64,000 nucleotides of DNA from Promethearchaeota archaeon. GTDB taxonomy: Archaea; Asgardarchaeota; Lokiarchaeia; Sigyniarchaeales; SOKP01. The notes beneath the pieces are model-generated. The model searched no databases and was not told where the DNA came from. It saw nothing but the letters and a program-made list of their open reading frames with translations. Each line of letters begins with the position of its first letter. Position 1 is the stretch's first letter. Positions 10,072-19,397 of this stretch are shown here, piece after piece. A program made the position numbers and the translations under genes. The stretch spans positions 32,001-96,000 of the forward strand of contig JBHLON010000003.1 in assembly GCA_048940445.1 (NCBI GenBank), given 5' to 3'.

Positions 10072-10746
10072 TCAGGTTTTGATTCGTTTTAACAAAGATT
10101 CCCAAAATCTCATTTTAAAATCCCCTGAAAAGTGAAGTGAACGATCCTCTAAACTTATAGCTTTTACTGAACACGCTCTAACACACGTACCGCATTTGAT
10201 GCATTTTTCTTCATTAAATGATACTCTAGTTTTTTTTGAGCCATTATCACTCTGTGATTTAGATTTAATTAGAGCTTCCTGAGGGCATACATCCACGCAT
10301 GACATGCATTTAATACATTTATCCCAATCTATAGAGATTTTACCATCAAAATATACATTTATGATTTTTTTAGATTTTTTAGATTTAATTGATTTATAAT
10401 CTAATCTGGGGACAACCTTATTTTTCACTATCCCTAAATCATCTTTGTTTATTAATTTTTCATTATATTTAAGAGATATTGCTGTTAGGGGGCACATAAA
10501 CATACAAGTCCCACAATATGAACATTTAAGGACATTTGGTGTATCAGGTACGAGATCCTCTGTTTTTACCCGTACTTTTCCCTCTAAATTTCGAGCAGGA
10601 ATAGCATTATTAGGGCAAACTTTGATACAAAAGCCACATCCAATGCATTTTTCCTTATCGATCGCAATAGTATAATTTTCAGTATAAAAATTTAAAATTA
10701 CTTCATTAAATTTATCTGTCTGAATTTCTTTAACTCTTGGATACAA
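10072..10746 (-). CDS. Polyferredoxin, 4x[4Fe-4S] (MvhB/FwdF-like)
   Basis: Four CxxCxxCxxxC motifs; last gene of the hdrCBA-mvhD operon. Confidence 0.85.
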   Translation of the reverse strand: MYPRVKEIQTDKFNEVILNFYTENYTIAIDKEKCIGCGFCIKVCPNNAIPARNLEGKVRVKTEDLVPDTPNVLKCSYCGTCMFMCPLTAISLKYNEKLINKDDLGIVKNKVVPRLDYKSIKSKKSKKIINVYFDGKISIDWDKCIKCMSCVDVCPQEALIKSKSQSDNGSKKTRVSFNEEKCIKCGTCVRACSVKAISLEDRSLHFSGDFKMRFWESLLKRIKT

Positions 10747-10781
10747 TTCTCATTCAACCTATAATAACATTTTTCATAAAA

Positions 10782-11204
10782 TTATGTAGTTTTTAGTGGA
10801 TTAGGGCCTAATTCCTTCAATTCTTCTACAAAATTATTAACAACATTCGTAAGTTTGCTTCCTTCAGATGCAGAAACAAAGATATATTTAACTCTTTTTG
10901 GATTTATTCCGAATTGTTTTAAATACTTCGATAATAATGGTATTTTTCTTGCAGTTTTTTGATTTCCTGTCACATAATGACAATCTCCCAGATGGCAATG
11001 TGAAATTAAAACACCATCTACCCCATCTTTTAAGGCAGTAACAACAAAATATGGGTCAATTCTTCCTCCGCACATCACACGTAAAATCCTTAGACTAGCA
11101 TATCTCTGCATCCGTGAGGTTCCTGCTTGATCTGCTCCTGCATAAGAGCACCAATGGCAAAAAATGCCTAAAATAGATGGATCGTAAGATTTAACTTCTG
11201 TCAT
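10782..11204 (-). CDS. mvhD: Methyl-viologen hydrogenase subunit D ([2Fe-2S]), Cys form
   Basis: FCHWCSYAGAD, RVMCGGRID, DGVDGVLISHCHLGDCHY. True start MTEVK at 11204; the track start 11339 overlaps hdrA. Confidence 0.93.
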   Translation of the reverse strand: MTEVKSYDPSILGIFCHWCSYAGADQAGTSRMQRYASLRILRVMCGGRIDPYFVVTALKDGVDGVLISHCHLGDCHYVTGNQKTARKIPLLSKYLKQFGINPKRVKYIFVSASEGSKLTNVVNNFVEELKELGPNPLKTT

Positions 11205-11209
11205 GATAA

Positions 11210-13192
11210 TCAGCCCTCCACTTCGTCTAGTTTTTGAATTGCTGTATGCACCATTGGTATCAATTGAACATCTCCAAATTGATTTTGTATAATAGCAGAA
11301 TTTGGACAAGCAGCAACGCAAGTACCGCATCCCTTGCATAAAACTTTATTAATTTCGGCAATACCTTTAATTTCATTAAAAGAAATTGCATTGTAAGGAC
11401 ATAAACTTAAGCAACTTTTACAACCAGTGCATTTATGATTTAATACAATAGAAAAGATGGGATCAATCTCAACCTTTCCTTTAGCAATTAGTAAAGATGC
11501 TTCAACTGCAGCTGCTTTTGCTTGAGCAACTGTATCAGGAATGTCTTTAGGACCTTGAACTGTACCTGCAATGAAAACTCCATCCGTAAGAGTTTCTACT
11601 GGACGTAATTTAGGATGAGCTTCCATTAAAAACCCATCTTCTGATTTTTGTACATTAAACAAGCGTGAGACTTTATTCGAATCTGCTCGTGGCTCTAATC
11701 CCACTGCTAGAACTAACAAATCGGCTTCTATTTCTACTAATCTTTGGAGGAGAGTATCTTCTCCCCGGATGATAATATTATGATTTTTATCTTCAAATAC
11801 TTCAGAAATTCTTCCTCTTATAAATTTAACACCATAGTCTCTCGCAGTAGAATCATAAAATTCTTCATAACCTTTTCCGAATGCTCGGATATCAATATAA
11901 AAAATATAAACGTTAGAATCTGGATGCTTTTCTTTATAAAGGCGAGCTTGTTTTGCTGAATACATACAACATACTCTAGAACAATACTTATTTCCTTTTT
12001 CAGTAAAATCTCTACTACCTACACATTGTAAAAAAATAATAGTCGATGGTTCTTTTAAGTCAGACGGTCTCTGGATTTTACCACCAGTTGGACCAAAAGA
12101 GCTTAATAGCCTTTCCATTTGAAGTCCCGTAATCACATTTTGATATCTTCCATACCCATATTGAGTTAATATTGTTGGATCATATGTGTCAAAGCCTGTT
12201 GCCAAAATTATTGCTCCCACCTTAACTTCTTTATACTCTATTTTATCATCGTAATTAACCGCTCCAACAGGACACACTTCCGCACATATTCCACATTGTA
12301 TACAATGCTGCATATCAATTGTATATTTTCCTGGAATAGCTTGAGGAAATGGGATATAGGCAGCTTTTCTTTTTTTCATTCCAATATCAAATTCATTTGG
12401 ACTTACGACTATACACGCTTCAGCACAACTTCCGCATCCAGTACATTTTTCTTGATCTATATAGTGAGGGTATTTCTTTATATTGACAATAAAATTACCT
12501 ATGTATCCCGAAATTTCAGAAACTTCAGAATACGTCATTAATTCAATATTTTTTGCTTTAGCTACTTCAGACATTTTAGGGGTAATAACACATGATGAAC
12601 AATCTAATGTTGGAAATGTTTTATCAAGTTGTGCCATATGACCACCTATAGAAGGTGTTTTTTCCACTAGATAAACCTTATAGCCAAAATTTGCGAGAGC
12701 TAAAGAAGCATTCATTCCAGCTATTCCTCCACCTACTACTAAACATGCTGGCTCGACATCAACATAAAATTTATCTAATGCTCTTAGTTCATTAACTTTA
12801 GCTACACCCATTCTAATATGTGCTTGAGCGATTTTATAAGCTCCCTCAGGGTCATTTGCATTAACCCAACTACACTGTTCACGAATGTTTGCTATTTCGC
12901 ATAAGTATTGATTTAAACCAGCATCTTCACAGACTTTTTTAAAGGTGGATTCATGCATTCTAGGTGAACAAGACGCTACAACTACTCGATCTATTTCACC
13001 ATTTTCAATCTTTTCTTGAATTAATCCTTGACCAATTTCTGAACACATAAACTTATAATTTTCAGCTGCAATCACATTAGGCAACGTTTTAGCATATTTA
13101 GTTAGTTTATCTACATCTATTACTCCAGCGATATTATTACCGCAGTGACAAATGAAAACGCCTACTTTCTGTTCATCCTTCAATTTCATCAC
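11210..13192 (-). CDS. hdrA: Heterodisulfide reductase subunit A
   Basis: GVFICHCG, ASCSPRMHE, NIREQCSW, GGGIAG, DKTFPTLDCSSC, QCVGSRD, YCSRVCCMY, EAHPKLRPVET. Confidence 0.97.
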   Translation of the reverse strand: MMKLKDEQKVGVFICHCGNNIAGVIDVDKLTKYAKTLPNVIAAENYKFMCSEIGQGLIQEKIENGEIDRVVVASCSPRMHESTFKKVCEDAGLNQYLCEIANIREQCSWVNANDPEGAYKIAQAHIRMGVAKVNELRALDKFYVDVEPACLVVGGGIAGMNASLALANFGYKVYLVEKTPSIGGHMAQLDKTFPTLDCSSCVITPKMSEVAKAKNIELMTYSEVSEISGYIGNFIVNIKKYPHYIDQEKCTGCGSCAEACIVVSPNEFDIGMKKRKAAYIPFPQAIPGKYTIDMQHCIQCGICAEVCPVGAVNYDDKIEYKEVKVGAIILATGFDTYDPTILTQYGYGRYQNVITGLQMERLLSSFGPTGGKIQRPSDLKEPSTIIFLQCVGSRDFTEKGNKYCSRVCCMYSAKQARLYKEKHPDSNVYIFYIDIRAFGKGYEEFYDSTARDYGVKFIRGRISEVFEDKNHNIIIRGEDTLLQRLVEIEADLLVLAVGLEPRADSNKVSRLFNVQKSEDGFLMEAHPKLRPVETLTDGVFIAGTVQGPKDIPDTVAQAKAAAVEASLLIAKGKVEIDPIFSIVLNHKCTGCKSCLSLCPYNAISFNEIKGIAEINKVLCKGCGTCVAACPNSAIIQNQFGDVQLIPMVHTAIQKLDEVEG

Positions 13193-14129
13193 TAACTCTT
13201 TCTAAAAATGGTTTAATCGATGTAAAGGGTGGCACTCCTTTTAATTCTATATCTCTTACTAGTCCAACATCTTCTGGACTTAAGCCTATTGCAAGACCTA
13301 AGAGCTGTGTATAATAAATAACAGGAAAATTAAAAGGAGTCTCAATCTTTTCTTTAAATATATTATTAATCTCAATTTGACCTAGATCAAACTGAAGATG
13401 ACAAAAGGGACAGGCAGTAACAATAATTTCTGCTCCAGCAGTCCTCATGTTTTCTAACTTCTCTCTAGTAAAGTCTAATGATATCTCTTTAAAGGCACTT
13501 CTCACTGCTCCAGCTGCACCACAACACATATTTTTGTCTTTATAATCTATACTCTTACAGCCAGTTATTTCTACTAATTCATCTAAAAATTGTGGATTTT
13601 CGGTTTCATTACCCCAAGGTCGAATATTCGCTGGCTTTTGAATATGGCAGCCATAATGAACTGCTACGTTTAAATTTAATCCTTTTTTACGGCCGTACTT
13701 TACTCTTTTTCTTAATTTTTCTATTCCAATGTCTTTGTATAGAATTTCTATAATATGTTTTACATTTACGCTTCCTTGATATTCTCGATTTATTTTAGCA
13801 AGATGTTTGTTGACCATCTCTTTTTTTAGTTTGTTTGTTTTCAATTGATGATTGACTTCAAGTAAGCTTCCATAACAACCATTACACATCGTAGCGAGGT
13901 CAAGATTGTTTTGTTCTGCAATTGTTAAATTCCTAGCTCCTATAATCAACCAAGTATCTATATCAAATCCACGAAATACACCTGGGGCTGGACAACAAGA
14001 TGCCCCATTCATTTCAACAAATTCAATACCCAATTTTTGAAATACATTCCGAGTCGCTAATTCAATAAAAGGATATCGGTTTGGAATAACGCAACCAAGG
14101 AAAAGTGAATACTTTCGATTTATGCTCAT
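13173..14129 (-). CDS. hdrB: Heterodisulfide reductase subunit B
   Basis: FLGCVIP, ASCCPAPG, CNGCYGSL, HYGCH, CCGAAG, ACPFCHLQFD. Confidence 0.96.
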   Translation of the reverse strand: MSINRKYSLFLGCVIPNRYPFIELATRNVFQKLGIEFVEMNGASCCPAPGVFRGFDIDTWLIIGARNLTIAEQNNLDLATMCNGCYGSLLEVNHQLKTNKLKKEMVNKHLAKINREYQGSVNVKHIIEILYKDIGIEKLRKRVKYGRKKGLNLNVAVHYGCHIQKPANIRPWGNETENPQFLDELVEITGCKSIDYKDKNMCCGAAGAVRSAFKEISLDFTREKLENMRTAGAEIIVTACPFCHLQFDLGQIEINNIFKEKIETPFNFPVIYYTQLLGLAIGLSPEDVGLVRDIELKGVPPFTSIKPFLERVSDEIEG

Positions 14130-14164
14130 CCCTTTAAAACCTCTTAAATTTTAATAGTAATAAA

Positions 14165-14740
14165 CTATCTTTCTTCTTTGTTAACCTCTTTTTTTTTGGA
14201 ATCAAGATTTACTAATTTATCAAATTTAGCGCTGTGAAGAAGTATCTGGATTTCTTTCAGATCAGTCTGATTAGAGTGGACAGTTGGTGGTATTTGTTTT
14301 AAACCATATGATTGCCTTAATCTTTTCCATTTATCATCATCTATAGGGACTCCATGTCCTGAGTCATAAAGTTTTTTACATAATTCAAGGTGACTTTCAA
14401 GAATGAATCCTTTTCGCACTGCTAGATTTCTCAAATAAATAAGCATATCTGTTATAGGTAATTTACGAGGACACCTCTCGAGGCAAGTATAACAAGTAGA
14501 ACAATACCAAATATCTTTTTCTGTTAGAACTTCTTCAATACCCAATTGAACTTTTCTTATAATTGTTCTAACTCTTAATGCCGTTCTTCTTCCTGATGGA
14601 CATCCGCCAGAACAAGTTCCACATTGAATGCAGGCATTAATTTCGGGATATCCTGCATTTTTTAAAGAGTTGGCTAAATTATCTGTGAAGCTTTTAATTA
14701 TCTCTGGTTCAGAATCGATCATACTTATACTTTTCTCCAA
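14165..14740 (-). CDS. hdrC: Heterodisulfide reductase subunit C
   Basis: CIQCGTCSGGCPSG, IWYCSTCYTCLERCPR. Confidence 0.95.
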   Translation of the reverse strand: MEKSISMIDSEPEIIKSFTDNLANSLKNAGYPEINACIQCGTCSGGCPSGRRTALRVRTIIRKVQLGIEEVLTEKDIWYCSTCYTCLERCPRKLPITDMLIYLRNLAVRKGFILESHLELCKKLYDSGHGVPIDDDKWKRLRQSYGLKQIPPTVHSNQTDLKEIQILLHSAKFDKLVNLDSKKKEVNKEER

Positions 14741-14913
14741 AAATTTTTCATTATTCTTCTATTTAATAAATTTTTTTGATAAAATAGTAATTTAGAAGAG
14801 ATAGGATAGACTTAACTTTAATTAAGTCTGTAAAAATAGACCTTTTCTTAATATTTAAGTTTTTCTTTTACTTAATATAGGATTGGGAAATTCTAACTAT
14901 TCAATCCTATAAT

Positions 14914-14958
14914 GTATCAATTTTAAACAACTTTTTAGTATTAATTTAAATTTTAAAC
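14914..14958. promoter_or_regulatory. Paired 15-bp palindromic operator upstream of the hdrC operon
   Basis: GTATCAATTTTAAAC (14914-14928) and ATTTAAATTTTAAAC (14944-14958), 30 bp apart. Confidence 0.45.
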
Positions 14959-15351
14959 TTATTCTCCATGAAAATAAATAAAATAAATTTTTGAATAGCG
15001 TTTTGGATTACTAATGAAAAAGAAAATTTACGTTGAATGAAAATTATTCTCATTATTTTGGTTAAAAATTAAATAATATTAATATAAATAGATAATTCTA
15101 ATTCATTGTAATTCTGTAACGACTCAAGAATTTCAGATTTTTTTATTTCTAATTCGAAAGTTTAATAAATTATCATGTCGGTACAAAATAAGCAACCCAA
15201 TTCAGCAGATCGGTTTAGAAAAATTTATTTCAACTGACAAAGAGAGATAATTTAGCATAACGGGTTCCTTTTTTTTTATAACAAGTTATTTTTTCTAATT
15301 TAATTATTTTATTTTATACGAGTTATATATAACTAATAAATATAGATTAAA

Positions 15352-16722
15352 ATGTCTTTAACTGTAAATTATTTACAACTCAGCTCTTGCTGGGGATGTC
15401 ATCAGAGTCTATTAAATGCCCATTTTGAATTACTTCCAATTCTACCTGAACTAAATTTCGTTTTTTGGAGATCAGAATATACTAAAACGAATCGCAACCA
15501 AATTAAGAAAGGAAAGATTGGGATTATAGAGGGAATTATAAGAACAAAACAAGATACTGTTAATGTCAAACGATTAAGGAAAGAATGTGAATATATTGTT
15601 TCTCTAGGAGCATGTGCTTGTTATGGAAGCATTCCGGGATTAGCTAATTTAATTGATAAAGAGGAATTAATAAAAAGCGAATTTATAAAAAATGAAAAAT
15701 CTTTGGATGAAGAATATGATGTTCGAAATTTTGATTTACCAGATTTTGAAAAATATGTTTATAACGTTAAAGATATAATTCATGTTGACATTTACGTTCC
15801 TGGTTGCCCCCCAAAAACTGAAAACATAATTGCAACAATTTTACACTTAAAATCATTTATTTTAGACCGTGATAGTCCACAAAATCAAAATTTTTCTGTA
15901 TGTGATAAATGCAATCTATTTAATGAAGGTTGTTTCTTAGATAATGGTACATTATGCTATGGTGCAATAACCGCTGGAGGATGTAAACTAATGTGCCCAA
16001 ATAAAGGTGAAATTTGTTTTGGTTGCTTTAAGCATACAAAAATTCCGGGAGAGAAAGCAGAAAGTTTGCTTGATTTAATTATGAATTTAGATCAATTAGA
16101 TGAAAAAATTAGATCAAATTTTTTACGTTTTCTAATATTATATTTAGGATCCACAAGTATTACAAGTTTTTACTTTTATGATGACTTGGTTCAACGTTTA
16201 GCCTATGAACCCGAAAGTTTTAATGATTTTGAAAATAAAAACACCAAGAAATTAGATTTAAATCCGACGGGAATAGAAATAAATGATGATATTATTAGCT
16301 CGATAATTTTTCTATTAAAGAATGATCGTAACTTCAAATTTAGCTCTAAAACTGTCTGTAGTCATTGTGATAGAGTGATTGTTAATAAGGTTCCAACTGA
16401 GTTAAAGAGAGATTATGAAGGATTACCTACAACAGATAAATGTTTCCTAGAACAAGGATATATATGTCTTGGGTTAGTCACTCAAGCAGGATGTGGAACA
16501 ATCTGTCCTAATAAAGGAAATGCTCCTTGCTTGGGATGCTATGGACCTCCAGTTGGTATTAAAGATCAAGGTATAAAGCTTATAAGTACATTGGGTTCTC
16601 TATTATCTGATCGTGATCCCAAAGAAATTTTAGATTTTATTAAAGATCCTGTAGGACTATTTAATAGATTTACATTGGCAGATAGTATTTTAGGACATAA
16701 AAACTATAAAAATAATCATTAG
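15352..16722 (+). CDS. mvhG: [NiFe]-hydrogenase small subunit MvhG-like with duplicated C-terminal Fe-S domain
   Basis: SSCWGCHQS, LGACACYGSIPGLAN, VPGCPP, then two CxxC...CFL..G..C.G..T..GC...CP.....CxGC modules. Confidence 0.85.
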   Translation: MSLTVNYLQLSSCWGCHQSLLNAHFELLPILPELNFVFWRSEYTKTNRNQIKKGKIGIIEGIIRTKQDTVNVKRLRKECEYIVSLGACACYGSIPGLANLIDKEELIKSEFIKNEKSLDEEYDVRNFDLPDFEKYVYNVKDIIHVDIYVPGCPPKTENIIATILHLKSFILDRDSPQNQNFSVCDKCNLFNEGCFLDNGTLCYGAITAGGCKLMCPNKGEICFGCFKHTKIPGEKAESLLDLIMNLDQLDEKIRSNFLRFLILYLGSTSITSFYFYDDLVQRLAYEPESFNDFENKNTKKLDLNPTGIEINDDIISSIIFLLKNDRNFKFSSKTVCSHCDRVIVNKVPTELKRDYEGLPTTDKCFLEQGYICLGLVTQAGCGTICPNKGNAPCLGCYGPPVGIKDQGIKLISTLGSLLSDRDPKEILDFIKDPVGLFNRFTLADSILGHKNYKNNH

Positions 16723-17048
16723 TTCTTTTCAATAGGCTTAAAATTTTTAAAAAGATGGCGAATTCCCATTATTGGATGTAAATATATCATGCGAGGGCCA
16801 GAATATCGCATAACCTCTTGAATTCTTTCTCTCATAGTAGGTTTATAACAATGAATAGGACATTTTTTACAGGTCGGTTTATTTTTTCCAAATCTGCAAT
16901 TTTTTAATCGTTCTTCAACATATTCAAGAAGTTCAAGACATTCATTACATAATTCGCTTTTATTACCATGAAATTTCTTACAATATATTTTAACCATTGT
17001 TTGAACAGTAATTCTTTCTTTTTCAATAGTCTTATTGTATGAATTCAT
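16719..17048 (-). CDS. YgbA-like (nitrous oxide-stimulated promoter family) protein
   Basis: IYCKKFH...LCNEC..L..Y...RL..CRFG..KPTCKKCPIHCYKP.MRE.I..VMRYSGPRM..LHP. Confidence 0.85.
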   Translation of the reverse strand: MNSYNKTIEKERITVQTMVKIYCKKFHGNKSELCNECLELLEYVEERLKNCRFGKNKPTCKKCPIHCYKPTMRERIQEVMRYSGPRMIYLHPIMGIRHLFKNFKPIEKN

Positions 17049-17192
17049 TTTATAATCACAATATAATTTTCCCCTTAATATTTTCTATTGTAAGTAATAA
17101 ATAGCGAGTTTTTATTTTTTCGTATAAATACCATCAAATATATTATATTGAATAATCTAAATTCTTTTAATTTTTCCTTCTTATTTTCATTT

Positions 17193-18245
17193 ATGAGTAT
17201 GAAAAAAGTAAGCTCGAGTGTCATTCGTCTTGCTCACGGTGCTGGTGGCTTATTACAAGAAGAGTTAATTAACTTTATTACTAAGAACATAACCTATAAA
17301 AATGTTAATAAGGGAATAGGTGTCGAAGAGTTAGACGATGGAGCTACGATTCCATTGGAAGATTACGATAAGGAAATTGTAGTAACTTCAGATGGATATA
17401 CTGTATACCCACTATTCTTTCCTGGAGGAAACTTAGGAATTTTAAGTGTTTGTGGAACTGTTAATGATTTACTTATGATGGGTGCACAGCCTTTAGCTAT
17501 TAGTTCTATTATTATAATAGAAGAAGGATTGAAATTTGAGTTATTAGAAAAGATTATCAATTCATTTAATTTTAAAGCTAGAGAATCTAATATCTCTATT
17601 ATTGCGGGAGATACGAAAGTAATGCCCCGTGGTACATTAAATGAATTAATTATGGCTATTACAGGAATAGGAATTAAAGATAAATCTGTAAAGATTTTAG
17701 ATAGTAATTTACAGCCGAAAGATAAGATTATTGTGACTGGATCCATTGGCGATCATGGAACAGCATTAATTTCCAGTCGAGAAGGGTTAAATATCTCATC
17801 TGATTTAGAATCAGATGTTGAAACCTTATTAGAAATTTATAATAATTTAAAAACAGAAATAAACAACAATTATATTCATGCGATGAAAGATCCTACGAGA
17901 GGTGGGATTGCCGCTGCTTTAAATGATTGGGCTATGAAATCTAATGTTGGTATTATGTTAGAGGAAGATAATATCCCAATTAAAAAGCAAGTAGTTGCTG
18001 TATGTGAGATGCTTGGTTTAGATCCTTTCAATATTGCTTCTGAAGGCAGAGCCTTATTATCTGTTGATCCTAATCAAGCAGTAAATATTCTTAAAAAAAT
18101 AAAATCTACAAAAATAGGAAAAGATGCTAGCATTATTGGGGAAGTAACGACCGAAAATAATAAGAAAGTTTTACTTAAAACATTGATCGGCGGAACGCGA
18201 TTCATGGAGATGCCTTTGGGTGAAGTTATTCCCAGAATTTGTTAA
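17193..18245 (+). CDS. hypE: Hydrogenase maturation protein HypE
   Basis: LAHGAGG, PLFFPGG, GTVNDL, GDTKV, MKDPTRGG, C-terminal PRIC; ATG 17193 preferred over track start 17148. Confidence 0.96.
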   Translation: MSMKKVSSSVIRLAHGAGGLLQEELINFITKNITYKNVNKGIGVEELDDGATIPLEDYDKEIVVTSDGYTVYPLFFPGGNLGILSVCGTVNDLLMMGAQPLAISSIIIIEEGLKFELLEKIINSFNFKARESNISIIAGDTKVMPRGTLNELIMAITGIGIKDKSVKILDSNLQPKDKIIVTGSIGDHGTALISSREGLNISSDLESDVETLLEIYNNLKTEINNNYIHAMKDPTRGGIAAALNDWAMKSNVGIMLEEDNIPIKKQVVAVCEMLGLDPFNIASEGRALLSVDPNQAVNILKKIKSTKIGKDASIIGEVTTENNKKVLLKTLIGGTRFMEMPLGEVIPRIC

Positions 18246-18279
18246 ATTGAATATTTATTTAAGTATTTAAACTAAAAAT

Positions 18280-19374
18280 ATGGAAATTCCAGGAACAAGT
18301 CTGTTAAAAGATAAAGCATTTGCCGAAAAACTTGTAAACTCTATTAAGAAAATATGCAGAAATCTTAACAGAAATATCAAACTAATGCATGTATGCGGCA
18401 CACACGAGCACACCATCTCCAAATATGGTTTAAGAACGCTACTCCCTAAGGAAATCGAGGTAGTTTCAGGACCAGGATGCCCAGTTTGTGTGTGTCCAGC
18501 GGCAGATATTGATAAAGCTGTTGAATTGGGTAAAAGGGATGATGTTATTATTACTACTTTTGGAGATATGATTAGAGTCCCTGCTACCAATATTTCTTTG
18601 GCTGAATTAAAGTCTCAAGGAGCAGATGTACGTATCGTCTATGGACCCCATGATGCAGTTAAAATAGCACAAAATAATCCAAATAAAGAAATTGTATTTT
18701 TTGCAATTGGATTTGAAACAACGGTTCCTTTGACGGGATATGAAATAAAGGTTAAGCCTCCTTCTAATTTTTCAGTAATCTGTGCCCATAAATTAATTCC
18801 TGCTGCTTTAGAGCTTTTAATTAGTCAATCTAAAATAGATATTGATGGTTTTATTTCTCCTGGGCATGTGTCTACAATTATAGGGTTGAAACCTTTTCAA
18901 ATTTTTTCGGATGCATATAAAGTCCCAAATGTGATAACTGGATTTGAACCCAATGATGTTTTATTAGCTATTCTTATGTTATTAAAACAGATTAAAGAGA
19001 AGAATTACAAGACCCAGAATGAATACTCTAGGGTTGTGAAACCTGAAGGAAATCTTGTAGCCCAGAAGATTATCGAAGAAGTTTTTGAGTCTGTTTCATC
19101 TCCTTGGCGAGGAATTGGGAGAGTCTTGGATGGAGGATTAATTATTAGAGATAAATATGAAGAGTTTAATGCCGATAAAAAATTTAATATCAAAATATCT
19201 AAATCGCAAGACATACCCCCGGGTTGTTCTTGCCATTTAGTAATGGTTGGTAAACTTTTTCCTTATGAATGCAAACTTTTTAGGAAGGAATGCACTCCTC
19301 TCTATCCAGTAGGTCCTTGTATGGTTTCAAGTGAAGGTACTTGTTCAATATATTATAAATATTATCAGGAATAA
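18280..19374 (+). CDS. hypD: Hydrogenase maturation protein HypD
   Basis: MHVCGTHEH, SGPGCPVCV, GFETT, PGHVS, GPCMVSSEGTC. Confidence 0.97.
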   Translation: MEIPGTSLLKDKAFAEKLVNSIKKICRNLNRNIKLMHVCGTHEHTISKYGLRTLLPKEIEVVSGPGCPVCVCPAADIDKAVELGKRDDVIITTFGDMIRVPATNISLAELKSQGADVRIVYGPHDAVKIAQNNPNKEIVFFAIGFETTVPLTGYEIKVKPPSNFSVICAHKLIPAALELLISQSKIDIDGFISPGHVSTIIGLKPFQIFSDAYKVPNVITGFEPNDVLLAILMLLKQIKEKNYKTQNEYSRVVKPEGNLVAQKIIEEVFESVSSPWRGIGRVLDGGLIIRDKYEEFNADKKFNIKISKSQDIPPGCSCHLVMVGKLFPYECKLFRKECTPLYPVGPCMVSSEGTCSIYYKYYQE

Positions 19375-19397
19375 GTTTTGGTGTTTATATTAGTCGG

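Noticed and set aside
11205-11339. 45-aa N-terminal extension of MvhD in the ORF track
   Set aside because: Out-of-frame overlap with the hdrA 3' end; the real start is ATG 11204
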